This document shows positions 29,562 to 37,969 of a stretch of 64,000 nt of DNA, in pieces. Where the stretch lies: the IMG/VR virus record IMGVR_UViG_3300043788_000114, positions 32,001-96,000 of that record, one strand, 5' to 3'. Source of the DNA: a virus. The position numbers and the translations under genes are program-made. Each line of letters opens with the position of its first letter. The first letter of the stretch is position 1. The notes beneath the pieces were generated by a model that worked only from the letters and a program-made list of their open reading frames with translations, ran no database searches and was not told the DNA's origin.

Positions 29562-30404
29562 ATGAGGTTTCCGATGACACCCCAAGAGCAAAGTGTACCA
29601 GCGCCAACGAAGTGGTGCCAGAAGCATCTACACGAAATCTCAATATCTACGAAAAGATGCCAAGAATGCCGGAAGGCGTATTTTCGGAAATACAGAACGC
29701 TTAACAGAGAGCACCTAAATTCTCTTGATCGAGAACGGTATCGAAAAAAACACGAAGGCCAACTTCGAAAGTATAATGGCTCTCCGGGCGGTATCGCCAG
29801 AGCGACCAAATCACGTCGCGAGGCTCTCGATAAGTATTACTCCAATCCAAAGATTTGCAAAAATTGCGGAGGCCCAATAGTCGTCAAGGATGGCGAGAAG
29901 ATTCCGCAAGCAAGGAAGCGAACCTTTTGCACACGGCGGTGCGCTGCCATTTTTAACAATCATTTACGGAAAAAAGAACGAGCGTGCAAGACCTGCGGGG
30001 GAGCAGTACGCAGAACAAGCAAGAGAATGCGTAACTACTGCGACGACTGCTTAAATGTGAAACTCCTTGCGATTACTGGAAAAATATCGAAACGTGCGTT
30101 ATTTACACGGAGAAATGGGTACCAATCGGCACGGTCGCAAATCCGAAGACACGCAGAGACGGTGTTCAATCGCTCCGGAAAGAAGAAGGTCTGTGCCATT
30201 TGCGGGTATAGCCTGTACGTTGAAATCGCTCATTTGCGAGCGGTGGCCGATTTTTCTGAGGACGCGCTCATTGAAGAGATCAACGCGGTAGGTAACTTAA
30301 TAGCCTTTTGCGCCAATCATCATTGGGAATTTGACAACGATAAACTTGTCGAGGATAATGTAACGGCGGAGTGGACTGGAGATGGTTCCAGCTTGGTCTC
30401 ATAA
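29562..30404 (+). CDS. HNH endonuclease with Zn fingers
   Basis: Several CxxC; CAICGY...EIAH...NLIAFCANHHWEFD; 3' end overlaps tRNA-Met. Confidence 0.8.
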   Translation: MRFPMTPQEQSVPAPTKWCQKHLHEISISTKRCQECRKAYFRKYRTLNREHLNSLDRERYRKKHEGQLRKYNGSPGGIARATKSRREALDKYYSNPKICKNCGGPIVVKDGEKIPQARKRTFCTRRCAAIFNNHLRKKERACKTCGGAVRRTSKRMRNYCDDCLNVKLLAITGKISKRALFTRRNGYQSARSQIRRHAETVFNRSGKKKVCAICGYSLYVEIAHLRAVADFSEDALIEEINAVGNLIAFCANHHWEFDNDKLVEDNVTAEWTGDGSSLVS

Positions 30405-30442
30405 GCCAAATCACGGCGGTTCGATTCCGCTCTCCGCAACCA
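30365..30442 (+). tRNA. tRNA-Met(CAT), initiator-like 1:72 mismatch
   Basis: Loop CTCATAA, unpaired G1:A72, CCA. Confidence 0.8.
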
Positions 30443-30497
30443 TTTCATTGGAGGTTCCCATGACAGATCACTAGCGAAAGGTTGGTGAGAAACTGTC

Positions 30498-30710
30498 ATG
30501 GGAAACGCCCACGCGTGGCGTCACCGGACTGGACGTGGTACTCCCTGTCCTACCGGTTGTCTCTATTGCAAGATGCGTCCCAAGGAAGGCGAACCGGGAG
30601 AGCGGCACAAGAACTACGCCAACAAAAACTCTCGCGGTCGTCGCACTCCACGGGGCAAGCAGAACAACAAGAAGCGCAAGAGTCCAAAGCTCAAACTAGG
30701 AGTCCAATGA
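30498..30710 (+). CDS. Small basic Cys-containing protein
   Basis: 70-aa ORF, start codon buried in a 12-bp hairpin. Confidence 0.5.
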   Translation: MGNAHAWRHRTGRGTPCPTGCLYCKMRPKEGEPGERHKNYANKNSRGRRTPRGKQNNKKRKSPKLKLGVQ

Positions 30711-30759
30711 TCTTCGATCCAGAATTCGGATGGTGGAGGAGTTGGATCAGTATCGATCT

Positions 30760-31225
30760 TGGCGCGTAAGCGCTGAGTGGAGGCCGGGGGCCGCAAGGCA
30801 CTGGGTCCGTTCTCGGACGTAAACCGAGTGGTGGAGGCGGCGGCAACGCCGCCCCTAGTTTTCGAGTACGCATGTAGAAGGTGATGGAGTTTGATTTCGG
30901 ACGTGGGTTCAACTCCCACCGGCTCCACCAAGAAGCACTTGAACGAGAAGCGCCGACTTACGATCATGAACACAACGTCTCTGTTTTCGGCTAACTCAAA
31001 AAAGCGAAGCTCGTTGGCTGTCGCTCAATGGTTCGAGTGTTTCTTTGTGGGGCCGTCACGGTTTCGACGGAATTAGAGGACATCACGCAGTTCATGCCGG
31101 ATGCTGTGGCCCACGAAACGGGACAACAGAAAACTAGGTGCAGAACCATTTGCACTGCCAATGGCTGCTTAAACACCAGTCATTCGAGGGTGGCCGCAAT
31201 ACTCGTCAAAGAACCATGCGGCAAC
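30760..31225 (+). ncRNA. ssrA: Circularly permuted (two-piece) tmRNA; outer ends approximate
   Basis: 3' tRNA-like end GGTTCAACTCCCACCGGCTCCACCA (to 30930) lies upstream of 5' end GGGGCCG..GGTTTCGAC (31049); G3:U70 pair; tag frame AEPFALPMAA* at 31140-31172. Confidence 0.85.
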
Positions 31226-31232
31226 AAATTCT

Positions 31233-31388
31233 ATGCCCGAGAATCGGAGAAAAAAGCAGCGGAGAAGGAAAGTCCTGCGACAAATCGAGCGGCGCAGGCA
31301 GTTCCAGCGAGTCAATGAAATCCTGTTGCGCTCCGCTTTCGGGGTAGAATGGAAAAAGTACCGCCAGCGTGGAATCGCGGTGCCGTAA
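31233..31388 (+). CDS. Small Arg-rich protein (not in ORF track)
   Basis: MPENRRKKQRRRKVLRQIERRRQFQRVNEILLRSAFGVEWKKYRQRGIAVP. Confidence 0.4.
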   Translation: MPENRRKKQRRRKVLRQIERRRQFQRVNEILLRSAFGVEWKKYRQRGIAVP

Positions 31389-31393
31389 GTTTC

Positions 31394-31469
31394 GGGGTCG
31401 TAGCTTAATTGGAAAAGCGCTTCCTTGTCACGGAAGAAGTCGAGGGTTCAACTCCCTTCGATCCCGCCA
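31394..31469 (+). tRNA. tRNA-Asp(GTC)
   Basis: Loop TTGTCAC, G73 CCA. Confidence 0.9.
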
Positions 31470-31660
31470 AGTTTGGAGATGACATGTCCAAGAGATGGAG
31501 AAAGCGCCAAGCGAGGATGGCAGCGACAGCCGCCGCGCAGCCTGCTGTTACGGAGCAACCTGCGGCGCAACAGACAGCACCTCCGCCCGCTGCCCAGCCT
31601 GAACGCGTACAGAAGATTCCTACGTGGCCATGGCGTGCGGTAGGGTAGAGAAAAGTTTTC

Positions 31661-31735
31661 GTCCCTGTCTGCTAGAGGCGAGGCATCCGCGTTCTCATCG
31701 CGGCAACATCGGTTCGAATCCGATCAGGGACGCCA
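31661..31735 (+). tRNA. tRNA-Glu(CTC)
   Basis: Loop TTCTCAT, CCA. Confidence 0.9.
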
Positions 31736-31739
31736 AGTT

Positions 31740-31834
31740 GCGCGGCGGCGAGACAGCCGTCAGTATTTGCGTCGAGTACATCTGAGCTACCCGCTATGGA
31801 GGTAGACGCAAGTCGATCATCTGACTAGCCGCGC
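31740..31834 (+). ncRNA. Unidentified structured RNA between tRNA-Glu genes
   Basis: Nested helices GCGCGGC/GCCGCGC, GTCAG/CTGAC, TTGCGTC/GACGCAA, CTACC/GGTAG. Confidence 0.5.
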
Positions 31835-31843
31835 TTCGTTTAT

Positions 31844-31917
31844 GGGGTCGTCTTCTAACGGTAGGAAAGCTGATTTTCGCTCAGCTAATGCCGGTTCAAC
31901 TCCGGTCGGCCCTTCCA
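31844..31917 (+). tRNA. tRNA-Glu(TTC)
   Basis: Loop TTTTCGC, CCA. Confidence 0.85.
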
Positions 31918-31938
31918 ATTTTCATCCCGGAGGAACCC

Positions 31939-32178
31939 ATGCACAGCGTCTATGTGGAATACGATGGCGGCATCAACGCCGCGACCGATGAGGCAATCTA
32001 CGCTGCGGTAGGTTATGTGTTCGACGGCCAAATAAAGTGCGACTCGGGTTGCATGATTGGCGGTACGCAAACTCGCGATCTGGTCTTCCGATTTGAGGAT
32101 GGCGAGCAAGCCGCCAAGGCCGCAAGGAAACTGCGGGAACTGTCGGATGTGAGAGTCAACACGGCGATGGTGGCATAG
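31939..32178 (+). CDS. Hypothetical protein
   Basis: GGAGG SD before ATG 31939. Confidence 0.6.
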   Translation: MHSVYVEYDGGINAATDEAIYAAVGYVFDGQIKCDSGCMIGGTQTRDLVFRFEDGEQAAKAARKLRELSDVRVNTAMVA

Positions 32179-32280
32179 AGTTGCGCGGGCCGAGGGATGC
32201 TGCATACTGAGGAGCGAAGGTATGCAGCCCGAGAGGTTTGCAGACTCCCTGCTCTTTTTGACGGCCCGCTGCAAAACGTA

Positions 32281-32310
32281 AGGCCCACAGATGTTCTTGT
32301 GGGCCTTTTC
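32281..32310 (+). terminator. Intrinsic terminator between convergent units
   Basis: AGGCCCACAG-loop-TTGTGGGCCT then TTT. Confidence 0.7.
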
Positions 32311-32346
32311 GTTGAGCAACCTCTCGCAAGGTGAGTTGATTTTACC

Positions 32347-33141
32347 TTACTTCCAGCGCCTACCGCTGGATGGCTTCTTCGGAGAGTGTGGCCGTGCTGG
32401 TACCGGAGGCACAGGAACACTTGGAATCGCCCTCACTGTGGCTGGACCGGTGAACACCCCGACGCCAACAGGATCATCATCCGTCTCAGTCTTCATTCCA
32501 ACCGAACAACGCATCATCGGTGTGGTGTTGTCGTGCAGGAACGATTCGGACTGTGATGCGGAAGATCGTGCCATGTTTGCCGACGCAAACGCCATCGTCG
32601 CATAGGTCGCACGGGCGTTCTGGGCGTTGTAATTCGCCGACGCTCCGACTCCTACTCCCAACGAACTGGCCTCGTTCCACGTTTCCGGTTGCGTGCCAAG
32701 ATAGGTAAACGTCCAGTTGCCACGCTTGATCCGGTCGTCGATTGCCGCGTGAAGCGCCGTCTTTGAATATTCCTTGCTGGAGTTTTCCTCCCCATCCGTC
32801 ACGATCACGACGATAGCCTTGTCGAATGTGATGCTCTTGTCGTCATCGAGTGCTTGGAGAGTTTTTCCAACCGCATCATAGAGCGCGGTTGCTCCGCGCG
32901 GGCCGTATTTGGCAAGTTCGTCGCCGTCTATCTTGGCGATTGGAACCCCGAGGTACGGCGCATCTATTTGCGTGTCAAACGTGGTGAGCGAGAACAGATA
33001 CTCAACCTCGTTGTCCTTCTGTTGATCGGCCTGCATGTCCTTGACATAGGTCTTGAATCCGCTCAAGGTTTCCTGCCAAACGTTGGCCATGCTGCCGCTA
33101 CGATCCTGAATGAAACTGATTAGGACCTTCTTCATCTCCAT
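32347..33141 (-). CDS. von Willebrand factor A domain protein
   Basis: DRSGSM MIDAS, G.TALYDAVG, IVTDGEENSS. Confidence 0.85.
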   Translation of the reverse strand: MEMKKVLISFIQDRSGSMANVWQETLSGFKTYVKDMQADQQKDNEVEYLFSLTTFDTQIDAPYLGVPIAKIDGDELAKYGPRGATALYDAVGKTLQALDDDKSITFDKAIVVIVTDGEENSSKEYSKTALHAAIDDRIKRGNWTFTYLGTQPETWNEASSLGVGVGASANYNAQNARATYATMAFASANMARSSASQSESFLHDNTTPMMRCSVGMKTETDDDPVGVGVFTGPATVRAIPSVPVPPVPARPHSPKKPSSGRRWK

Positions 33142-33362
33142 CTCCTTTTTCTGACGTAGATTGTGTGGGGCTTGAGATCGAGATGCGCAACCAAGTCCTT
33201 AGATGGAGGCCGCACGCCGTTGTATACCTGAGAAAGGTAGGAAGCAGAGACGCCAAGCGAACTCGCGTACTCTCGAAGACTGCGTTCGCCTTGGTCCTGC
33301 TTCAATTCACCAACGACCTGATCGGTTTCCAGTGTTTCGTCCATCTCTTCCTTGCGCCACAT
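33132..33362 (-). CDS. Cro/CI-type HTH regulator, paralog of 27684..27896
   Basis: QGERSLREYASSLGVSASYLSQVYNG. Confidence 0.8.
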   Translation of the reverse strand: MWRKEEMDETLETDQVVGELKQDQGERSLREYASSLGVSASYLSQVYNGVRPPSKDLVAHLDLKPHTIYVRKRRWR

Positions 33363-33370
33363 GAGAGCTA

Positions 33371-33389
33371 GTTAAGCATTGTGCTTAAC
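33371..33389. promoter_or_regulatory. Palindromic operator between divergent promoters
   Basis: GTTAAGCA-TTG-TGCTTAAC inside the minus-strand TTGACA promoter of the HTH gene. Confidence 0.6.
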
Positions 33390-33445
33390 GATTGTCAAGA
33401 GAGAAAATCATTGACACCCTCCCTACGCGGCGCTACTCTTCTGGC

Positions 33446-33667
33446 ATGGCAGACTCCGCCGCGCAGCCGATTATCGATCTTGCCAACTCTTGGATGAACA
33501 AGGCCAAGAACATTGAGGACAAAATTGTCGGCACCCCCGGCAGGATCAAAACCAGCACATCGCCCAAGCCTCCCGCAACCACGTGGCACGATGACCGGTA
33601 CAAAACGACCGATCAAAAGGCGGCACCCCGCAAGGCCGCTCCCCGGAAGAGAACGTCGAGCAAGTAG
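33446..33667 (+). CDS. Small basic-tailed protein, probably leaderless
   Basis: TTGACA-17-TACTCT 6 nt before ATG; ends KAAPRKAAPRKRTSSK. Confidence 0.6.
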   Translation: MADSAAQPIIDLANSWMNKAKNIEDKIVGTPGRIKTSTSPKPPATTWHDDRYKTTDQKAAPRKAAPRKRTSSK

Positions 33668-33669
33668 GC

Positions 33670-33897
33670 ATGGCGCTTGAGACGGAACTCGCCTTCTTCG
33701 ACTCCCACCGCACCGAGTGGACAGAGCATCACAACGCCAAGTTTGCCGTCATTCAGGGCAAAAAGCTGCTCGGGTTCTTCGACGAGTGGGAAGATGGATT
33801 CAAGGCTGGGATCAAAGCCTTCGGCGGCAGACGCGAATTCCTCGTGAAGCAAGTGTGGATCGTCGAGCCGGTTTATGTTATCGGGGCGGTTGCCTGA
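33670..33897 (+). CDS. DUF5678-like small protein
   Basis: LETELAFF...KFAVIQG...FLVKQV pattern. Confidence 0.5.
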   Translation: MALETELAFFDSHRTEWTEHHNAKFAVIQGKKLLGFFDEWEDGFKAGIKAFGGRREFLVKQVWIVEPVYVIGAVA

Positions 33898-33974
33898 AAA
33901 AATAGGCAACAATTACCTTGACTTACCCAATACCTGTGCTATTCTTGGGTTAGCTTAAGTAAAGGATTGCCGAT

Positions 33975-34931
33975 ATGTTTGAGCCTAAAACACTTGCCGA
34001 AGCTATTCGCTACTACAGCGATGAGCAGACGTGTATCGACGTGGTTGCAGGTCTCCGCTGGCCAGATGGCAAGCCGGTATGCCCGAAGTGCTGGACGGCT
34101 GAGGGCGAGCGCAAGCACTACTGGCTCAAGACCCAAAAGCGGTGGAAGTGCTATGCCTGCCGCAAGCAATTCTCGGTCAAGGTGAACTCGATTTTCGAGG
34201 ATTCGGCCCTCAAACTGTCGGATTGGCTTATTGGCCTCTGGATGCTTGTGAACTGCAAGAACGGCGTGAGTAGCTATGAGCTATCGCGGGCCACGGGGAT
34301 CGCTCAGAAGTCAGCGTGGTTCGTTCTACAGCGCCTTCGTTACATCCTCAAGGCAGTTGACCATCGGCCCTTGGGAACGCCGGGGCCGGTCGAGGTAGAC
34401 GAATGCTATCTCGGCCCCGACGCACGCACGATGCACGCGGACAGGCGAGCCAAGTTGCAACTGGCGACAAACGGCTACGCGAAGAAAACGGCTGTGATCG
34501 GTCTGCTCGATCGCAACACGCGGCAGGTCCGAGCTGAGGTCTTACCGGAAGTCACACGCGATGTGCTGCAAGCGCGGATTCTCAAGCATTGCGGCAAGGG
34601 AACGACCGTGTACACCGATAGCCACGCCGGATACGACAACATGGATTCGCAGCGTTTCGTCCACGAAACCGTGAATCACATGATGGAGCATGTACGCGGC
34701 GATGTTTCGACGCAAGCGATTGAGAATTTCTGGTCGTGCCTCAAGAGAACACTGACCGGGACGTACATCGCGGTCGAGCCTTATCACTTGGACCTGTACC
34801 TGAATGAGCAGGTCTACCGCTTCAACAATCGCGTGAATAAAGACGATGGTCAGCGTTTCAGAAAGGCACTGAGCATGATCGGGGATCGCAGACTGACTTG
34901 GAACCGGCTTACCGGGAAGGAGGGGGCCTGA
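33975..34931 (+). CDS. IS1595 (ISXO2-like) transposase
   Basis: RWP...CPKC...CYACRKQFSV Zn ribbon; VEVDECY, VYTD, VNH, IENFWS.LKR, YLNE..YRFN. Confidence 0.95.
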   Translation: MFEPKTLAEAIRYYSDEQTCIDVVAGLRWPDGKPVCPKCWTAEGERKHYWLKTQKRWKCYACRKQFSVKVNSIFEDSALKLSDWLIGLWMLVNCKNGVSSYELSRATGIAQKSAWFVLQRLRYILKAVDHRPLGTPGPVEVDECYLGPDARTMHADRRAKLQLATNGYAKKTAVIGLLDRNTRQVRAEVLPEVTRDVLQARILKHCGKGTTVYTDSHAGYDNMDSQRFVHETVNHMMEHVRGDVSTQAIENFWSCLKRTLTGTYIAVEPYHLDLYLNEQVYRFNNRVNKDDGQRFRKALSMIGDRRLTWNRLTGKEGA

Positions 34932-34933
34932 TT

Positions 34934-35116
34934 TCAGGAGGGCTTTGCGGGGACGTAACGGAATCTCTTACGAGATGAAAATTTCTCGGCCTTGGCTCTC
35001 TCGCGTGTCTCCTGAATATCCTTCGGCGAAGCTGAGAGGACGCCAGTCAAAACCTTAGTGAAGGTGCCGCTCGGCGGCCTGTCTAATTTATCGGGATTGT
35101 TCGGAGGAGTTTTCAT
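34934..35116 (-). CDS. Small IS passenger protein
   Basis: Coupled to upstream passenger ORF. Confidence 0.4.
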   Translation of the reverse strand: MKTPPNNPDKLDRPPSGTFTKVLTGVLSASPKDIQETRERAKAEKFSSRKRFRYVPAKPS

Positions 35117-35397
35117 TTCGCTGCCGGTCTCGCGATCACGGCATGGAGCGTCACTTCGTCATCGGTAAAAGAATAGAGCACGGTCAAATCCGGCTTATGC
35201 CACGCATGATCCCCGCTTTGCGAATACACCCAAAACCGTCCCTTGAAGTGAGTGCCTTTCTCTGGCTTATGCGCTAGCGTCCATTCCAGCGAACGGTAGG
35301 CCATCTCCCCGCGCGCAAATTCTCTTGTCGCACGGTCCATATCGACAGAAAATTCTCTGTCTTGGACCACCTGTCGCAATTTAGGATTCGTTTCCAA
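35113..35397 (-). CDS. Putative RelE/ParE-like toxin
   Basis: 94 aa, L...PEKG...LTVLYSFTDDEVTLHAV, directly downstream of Panacea-like gene. Confidence 0.5.
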   Translation of the reverse strand: METNPKLRQVVQDREFSVDMDRATREFARGEMAYRSLEWTLAHKPEKGTHFKGRFWVYSQSGDHAWHKPDLTVLYSFTDDEVTLHAVIARPAAK

Positions 35398-35917
35398 AGC
35401 GCGAACTTATCACAGAATCGGCCCACGCGCGATCTTCATCTGTGATAGCTCGTGGTGTTGCCATGATAGCAAAGAGAGGAATTGTTTCACCCATTTCAGC
35501 TAGTTTCCACCACTCAGCGTGGGTCGCATCGCTGATAGATGCGGCTGTGTGAGAGCATACCGTGTCAGTCATTTTGTTAATAAACTCCAGATCGTCAGAA
35601 GTGAACAGACTTAGATCTGGCTCTGTTTTAGTTATGTATTCCGTCCGGAAGTAATTGACCACCCTTACGGTTCGAATTTCCAGCGCCCCCTCTTCCACTA
35701 ATTCCTCTAGGAGTGGGAGCATCGCGGCCACAACAGGACCATTCTTTTCCTTAATAAAGCGCGCGCCTGTCAACGCGTGCCCGTTCGTCTTCACGTAGTG
35801 ATTTGTCTCGACGTACCAAATCACCTTGTTAAGTTTCACTGCCCCCAGACGCGCAGGATTCTCCCGGCAACGTGAACACACGTAGTGCACGAGTCTTTTC
35901 AGTTTTGTCCTGTTCAT
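35381..35917 (-). CDS. Panacea/SocA (DUF4065) antitoxin-like protein
   Basis: VKLNKVIWY...LTGARF....GPV...ISDATH...W. Confidence 0.8.
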   Translation of the reverse strand: MNRTKLKRLVHYVCSRCRENPARLGAVKLNKVIWYVETNHYVKTNGHALTGARFIKEKNGPVVAAMLPLLEELVEEGALEIRTVRVVNYFRTEYITKTEPDLSLFTSDDLEFINKMTDTVCSHTAASISDATHAEWWKLAEMGETIPLFAIMATPRAITDEDRAWADSVISSRFGNES

Positions 35918-36220
35918 CTCTTTGCCGCCCTTCCGCGTCCTAGCGAACGTGGCTCCATAAAGGGGGTTTCCCAAGTTGTGCCACGTTTGCTGGACGTGAC
36001 TACAACACGTTTTGCTTGCAGGTCAATTTAGCAGCAGATTTCCACACTTGCACGCAAAAATCAGCTAGCTGCTAATTTGACGCGTCGAGTGGGGAAATAG
36101 CTTCGCCGTTCGTTCGCCCACATGGTTCGCTTTTGGGCCGGGGAAACCTGTCCTCAATTCGACTCCTCTTTTATAATACCCTTTTAAGGGGGATTTCAAG
36201 GGTTATTTCAAGGGGGGTTT

Positions 36221-36493
36221 ATGGGGGATGAACCAGAGAATAAAGGAGGGCGACCGGGAGCCGGGCCTCGTTACCCGGTAGAGATTAGAACCATGGACGC
36301 TGTCACGTCCCGAATGCTAGACACACTTGTTACGTACGGTCGGTTCGGTGACTCAAGATCACAGGTGGCTCTTTTCATCATTCGAAAGTGGCTGTTTGAG
36401 AACGAGGACCGTTTACAGAAAGCAATCGCGGCTAGGAAATTTCCCCTCGGAGACATCGATTCCGACTTTGAACCGCCGACAAATCAGAGTTAG
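36221..36493 (+). CDS. Small putative DNA-binding IS passenger protein
   Basis: GGRPG...LVTYGRFGDSRSQVALFIIRKWL, RHH-like. Confidence 0.5.
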   Translation: MGDEPENKGGRPGAGPRYPVEIRTMDAVTSRMLDTLVTYGRFGDSRSQVALFIIRKWLFENEDRLQKAIAARKFPLGDIDSDFEPPTNQS

Positions 36494-36557
36494 GAGACGG
36501 CCCATGAGCACCGGAGGCTCTGGGTTAGTCACAGTATTTATTGCCAAAAAATACGGC

Positions 36558-36586
36558 TTGACATTCTGCGCCGCCCGATGTACCGT
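36558..36586 (+). promoter_or_regulatory. Sigma70-like promoter of tRNA array 2
   Basis: TTGACA-17 nt-TACCGT, 7 nt before leader GTG. Confidence 0.75.
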
Positions 36587-36593
36587 CAAAAAC

Positions 36594-36680
36594 GTGATGA
36601 CTCGATTCCATAGCGACTTCCCAGCAACAGCGGCCACGCAGCCGCAAGGTAATCGCTCGCCTGAAATGGGGTCTCAATAG
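36594..36680 (+). CDS. Attenuator leader peptide 2 (MMTRFHSDFPATAATQPQGNRSPEMGSQ)
   Basis: Contains codons read by all 12 tRNAs of array 2. Confidence 0.8.
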   Translation: MMTRFHSDFPATAATQPQGNRSPEMGSQ

Positions 36681-36713
36681 GATTTTTCATCGCAATGGAG
36701 CGAAGAAAACTAC

Positions 36714-36755
36714 GAGGCCCCGGACACCGAAAGGTTTTCGGGGCTTCTGCTTTGT
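36714..36755 (+). terminator. Attenuator terminator 2
   Basis: GAGGCCCCGGA...TTCGGGGCTTC then TGCTTTGT (interrupted U tract). Confidence 0.7.
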
Positions 36756-36808
36756 GCGGATGAATAAAGGCGATAGCTTGAGTGGTATTTTGATGTTAAA
36801 CTCTGTGC

Positions 36809-37420
36809 ATGGCTGCAATCGATATGGCTGTGTATATGGCAGAGCGCCGGAAGAATCGGCGCGATAAACTGATTGCGATGTCGGGCGGGAGATGCATCAA
36901 GTGTAATTCAACCGACGATCTCAATTTTGACCACAAAGACCCGAAGGATCGCTCATTCCGATTGACTGGTAAGGCGCTGGATGGTTCGTGGGAAAAGATT
37001 CTTAAAGAGTGGCGAAAATGCCAGTTGCTTTGTAGGGTTTGTCACCTTCGGAAGACAAAAGAAAATGACGAGTACGGCGAACCGCCGAACAAGGGCGTTT
37101 CGAAATGGGGAGAAGTTCTTCCTGAGCACGGATGTGAAGCGGCTTACGCGCATGGTTGCAGATGCGATGAATGCTGTAAAGCGAGATACGAAGCGCGAGT
37201 TCGTCGCGGCGAATTGAAAGGTATCCGTGGACCACGAGGAGCAAATAATCCGAAGGGCGTCATCAAACACGGAACGCGCTCCGGATACCAAGCGGAGTTG
37301 AGACAAGGTTTAACTGCTTGCGATGAATGCAGAAAAGCGAACGCGGAAGAGACGCGGCGGCGCAAGCAAAATGAAAAGTTTGTTCCGAGGGAACCAGACG
37401 GTACGGTAGCGCACTGTTAA
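36809..37420 (+). CDS. HNH endonuclease
   Basis: GGRCIKC...LNFDHKDP...KCQLLCRVCH; HG...Y..GC.C..C repeats; overlaps tRNA-Asn. Confidence 0.85.
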   Translation: MAAIDMAVYMAERRKNRRDKLIAMSGGRCIKCNSTDDLNFDHKDPKDRSFRLTGKALDGSWEKILKEWRKCQLLCRVCHLRKTKENDEYGEPPNKGVSKWGEVLPEHGCEAAYAHGCRCDECCKARYEARVRRGELKGIRGPRGANNPKGVIKHGTRSGYQAELRQGLTACDECRKANAEETRRRKQNEKFVPREPDGTVAHC

Positions 37421-37458
37421 TGCGACAATAACAGGTTCGACTCCTGTCCTCGGAGCCA
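37384..37458 (+). tRNA. tRNA-Asn(GTT)
   Basis: Loop CTGTTAA, G73 CCA. Confidence 0.9.
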
Positions 37459-37467
37459 GTTTGAAGT

Positions 37468-37543
37468 TGGGGAGAAGTTCAACGGGTGGAACGCTCGGCT
37501 CTGACCCGAGAGGCAGCAAGTTCGAGACTTGCCTCCCCAGCCA
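37468..37543 (+). tRNA. tRNA-Gln(CTG)
   Basis: Loop CTCTGAC, CCA. Confidence 0.9.
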
Positions 37544-37728
37544 AGTTTGGAGGACCACATGAAGGATTATCGCGAAACGAAAAGGAACTACGCACGACGG
37601 ATGCGACCTCTCTGAAAGCAAGTTGGCCGGTGCATCTGTTGCGGCGCACGACCGGCTGAGCAAGATCGAGCGAAGTGTACGGTGTGTCTTTGAGCGCCAG
37701 AGACTTTATGCGAAGACACGAAAGAAAT

Positions 37729-37801
37729 AGGGGAATGGCCGAGCGGCTTAGGCGAGTGTCTTTGAAGCACTTTCAGGTGGGTTCAACTCCTACTTCCCCT
37801 G
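37729..37801 (+). tRNA. tRNA-Gln(TTG), CCA not encoded
   Basis: Loop CTTTGAA. Confidence 0.85.
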
Positions 37802-37802
37802 C

Positions 37803-37878
37803 GCGGGCGTAGTTCAATTGGCAGAACGTCGGAGTGCCACTCCGAAGGTTGCCGGATCGTTGCCGGTCGCCCGCTCCA
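37803..37878 (+). tRNA. tRNA-Gly(GCC)
   Basis: Loop GTGCCAC, U73 CCA. Confidence 0.85.
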
Positions 37879-37969
37879 ATTTGAAAGGGTAGTTGCAATG
37901 GAACACAGGATGATTTTGATGAGCCCGGACTTGAAGGAAGTCCACAGAGTTGTAGTTGTAAGACGCAAG

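Larger units (their letters stand above)
33905..36545 (+). mobile_element. IS1595-family element with passenger genes
   Basis: 24-bp imperfect TIRs (33905-33928, 36522-36545; 19/24 match) and perfect 8-bp TSD AAAAAATA (33897-33904, 36546-36553). Confidence 0.9.

Noticed and set aside
28534-29809. ORF-track ORFs over tRNA array 1 (e.g. 28859..29335 plus, 29024..29809 minus), and similar ones over arrays 2 and 3
   Set aside because: They overlap clear tRNA cloverleaves and have no protein motifs; treated as shadow ORFs.
32207-32222. CTGAGGAGCGAAG as a hammerhead ribozyme core
   Set aside because: No stem II between CUGANGA and GAA, GAAA is not intact, and no cleavage triplet is correctly placed.
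37559-37693. Small Zn-finger-like ORF with an in-frame TGA at 37613 (readthrough or selenocysteine)
   Set aside because: No TCA-anticodon tRNA or SECIS-like element was seen; more likely a decayed gene fragment.
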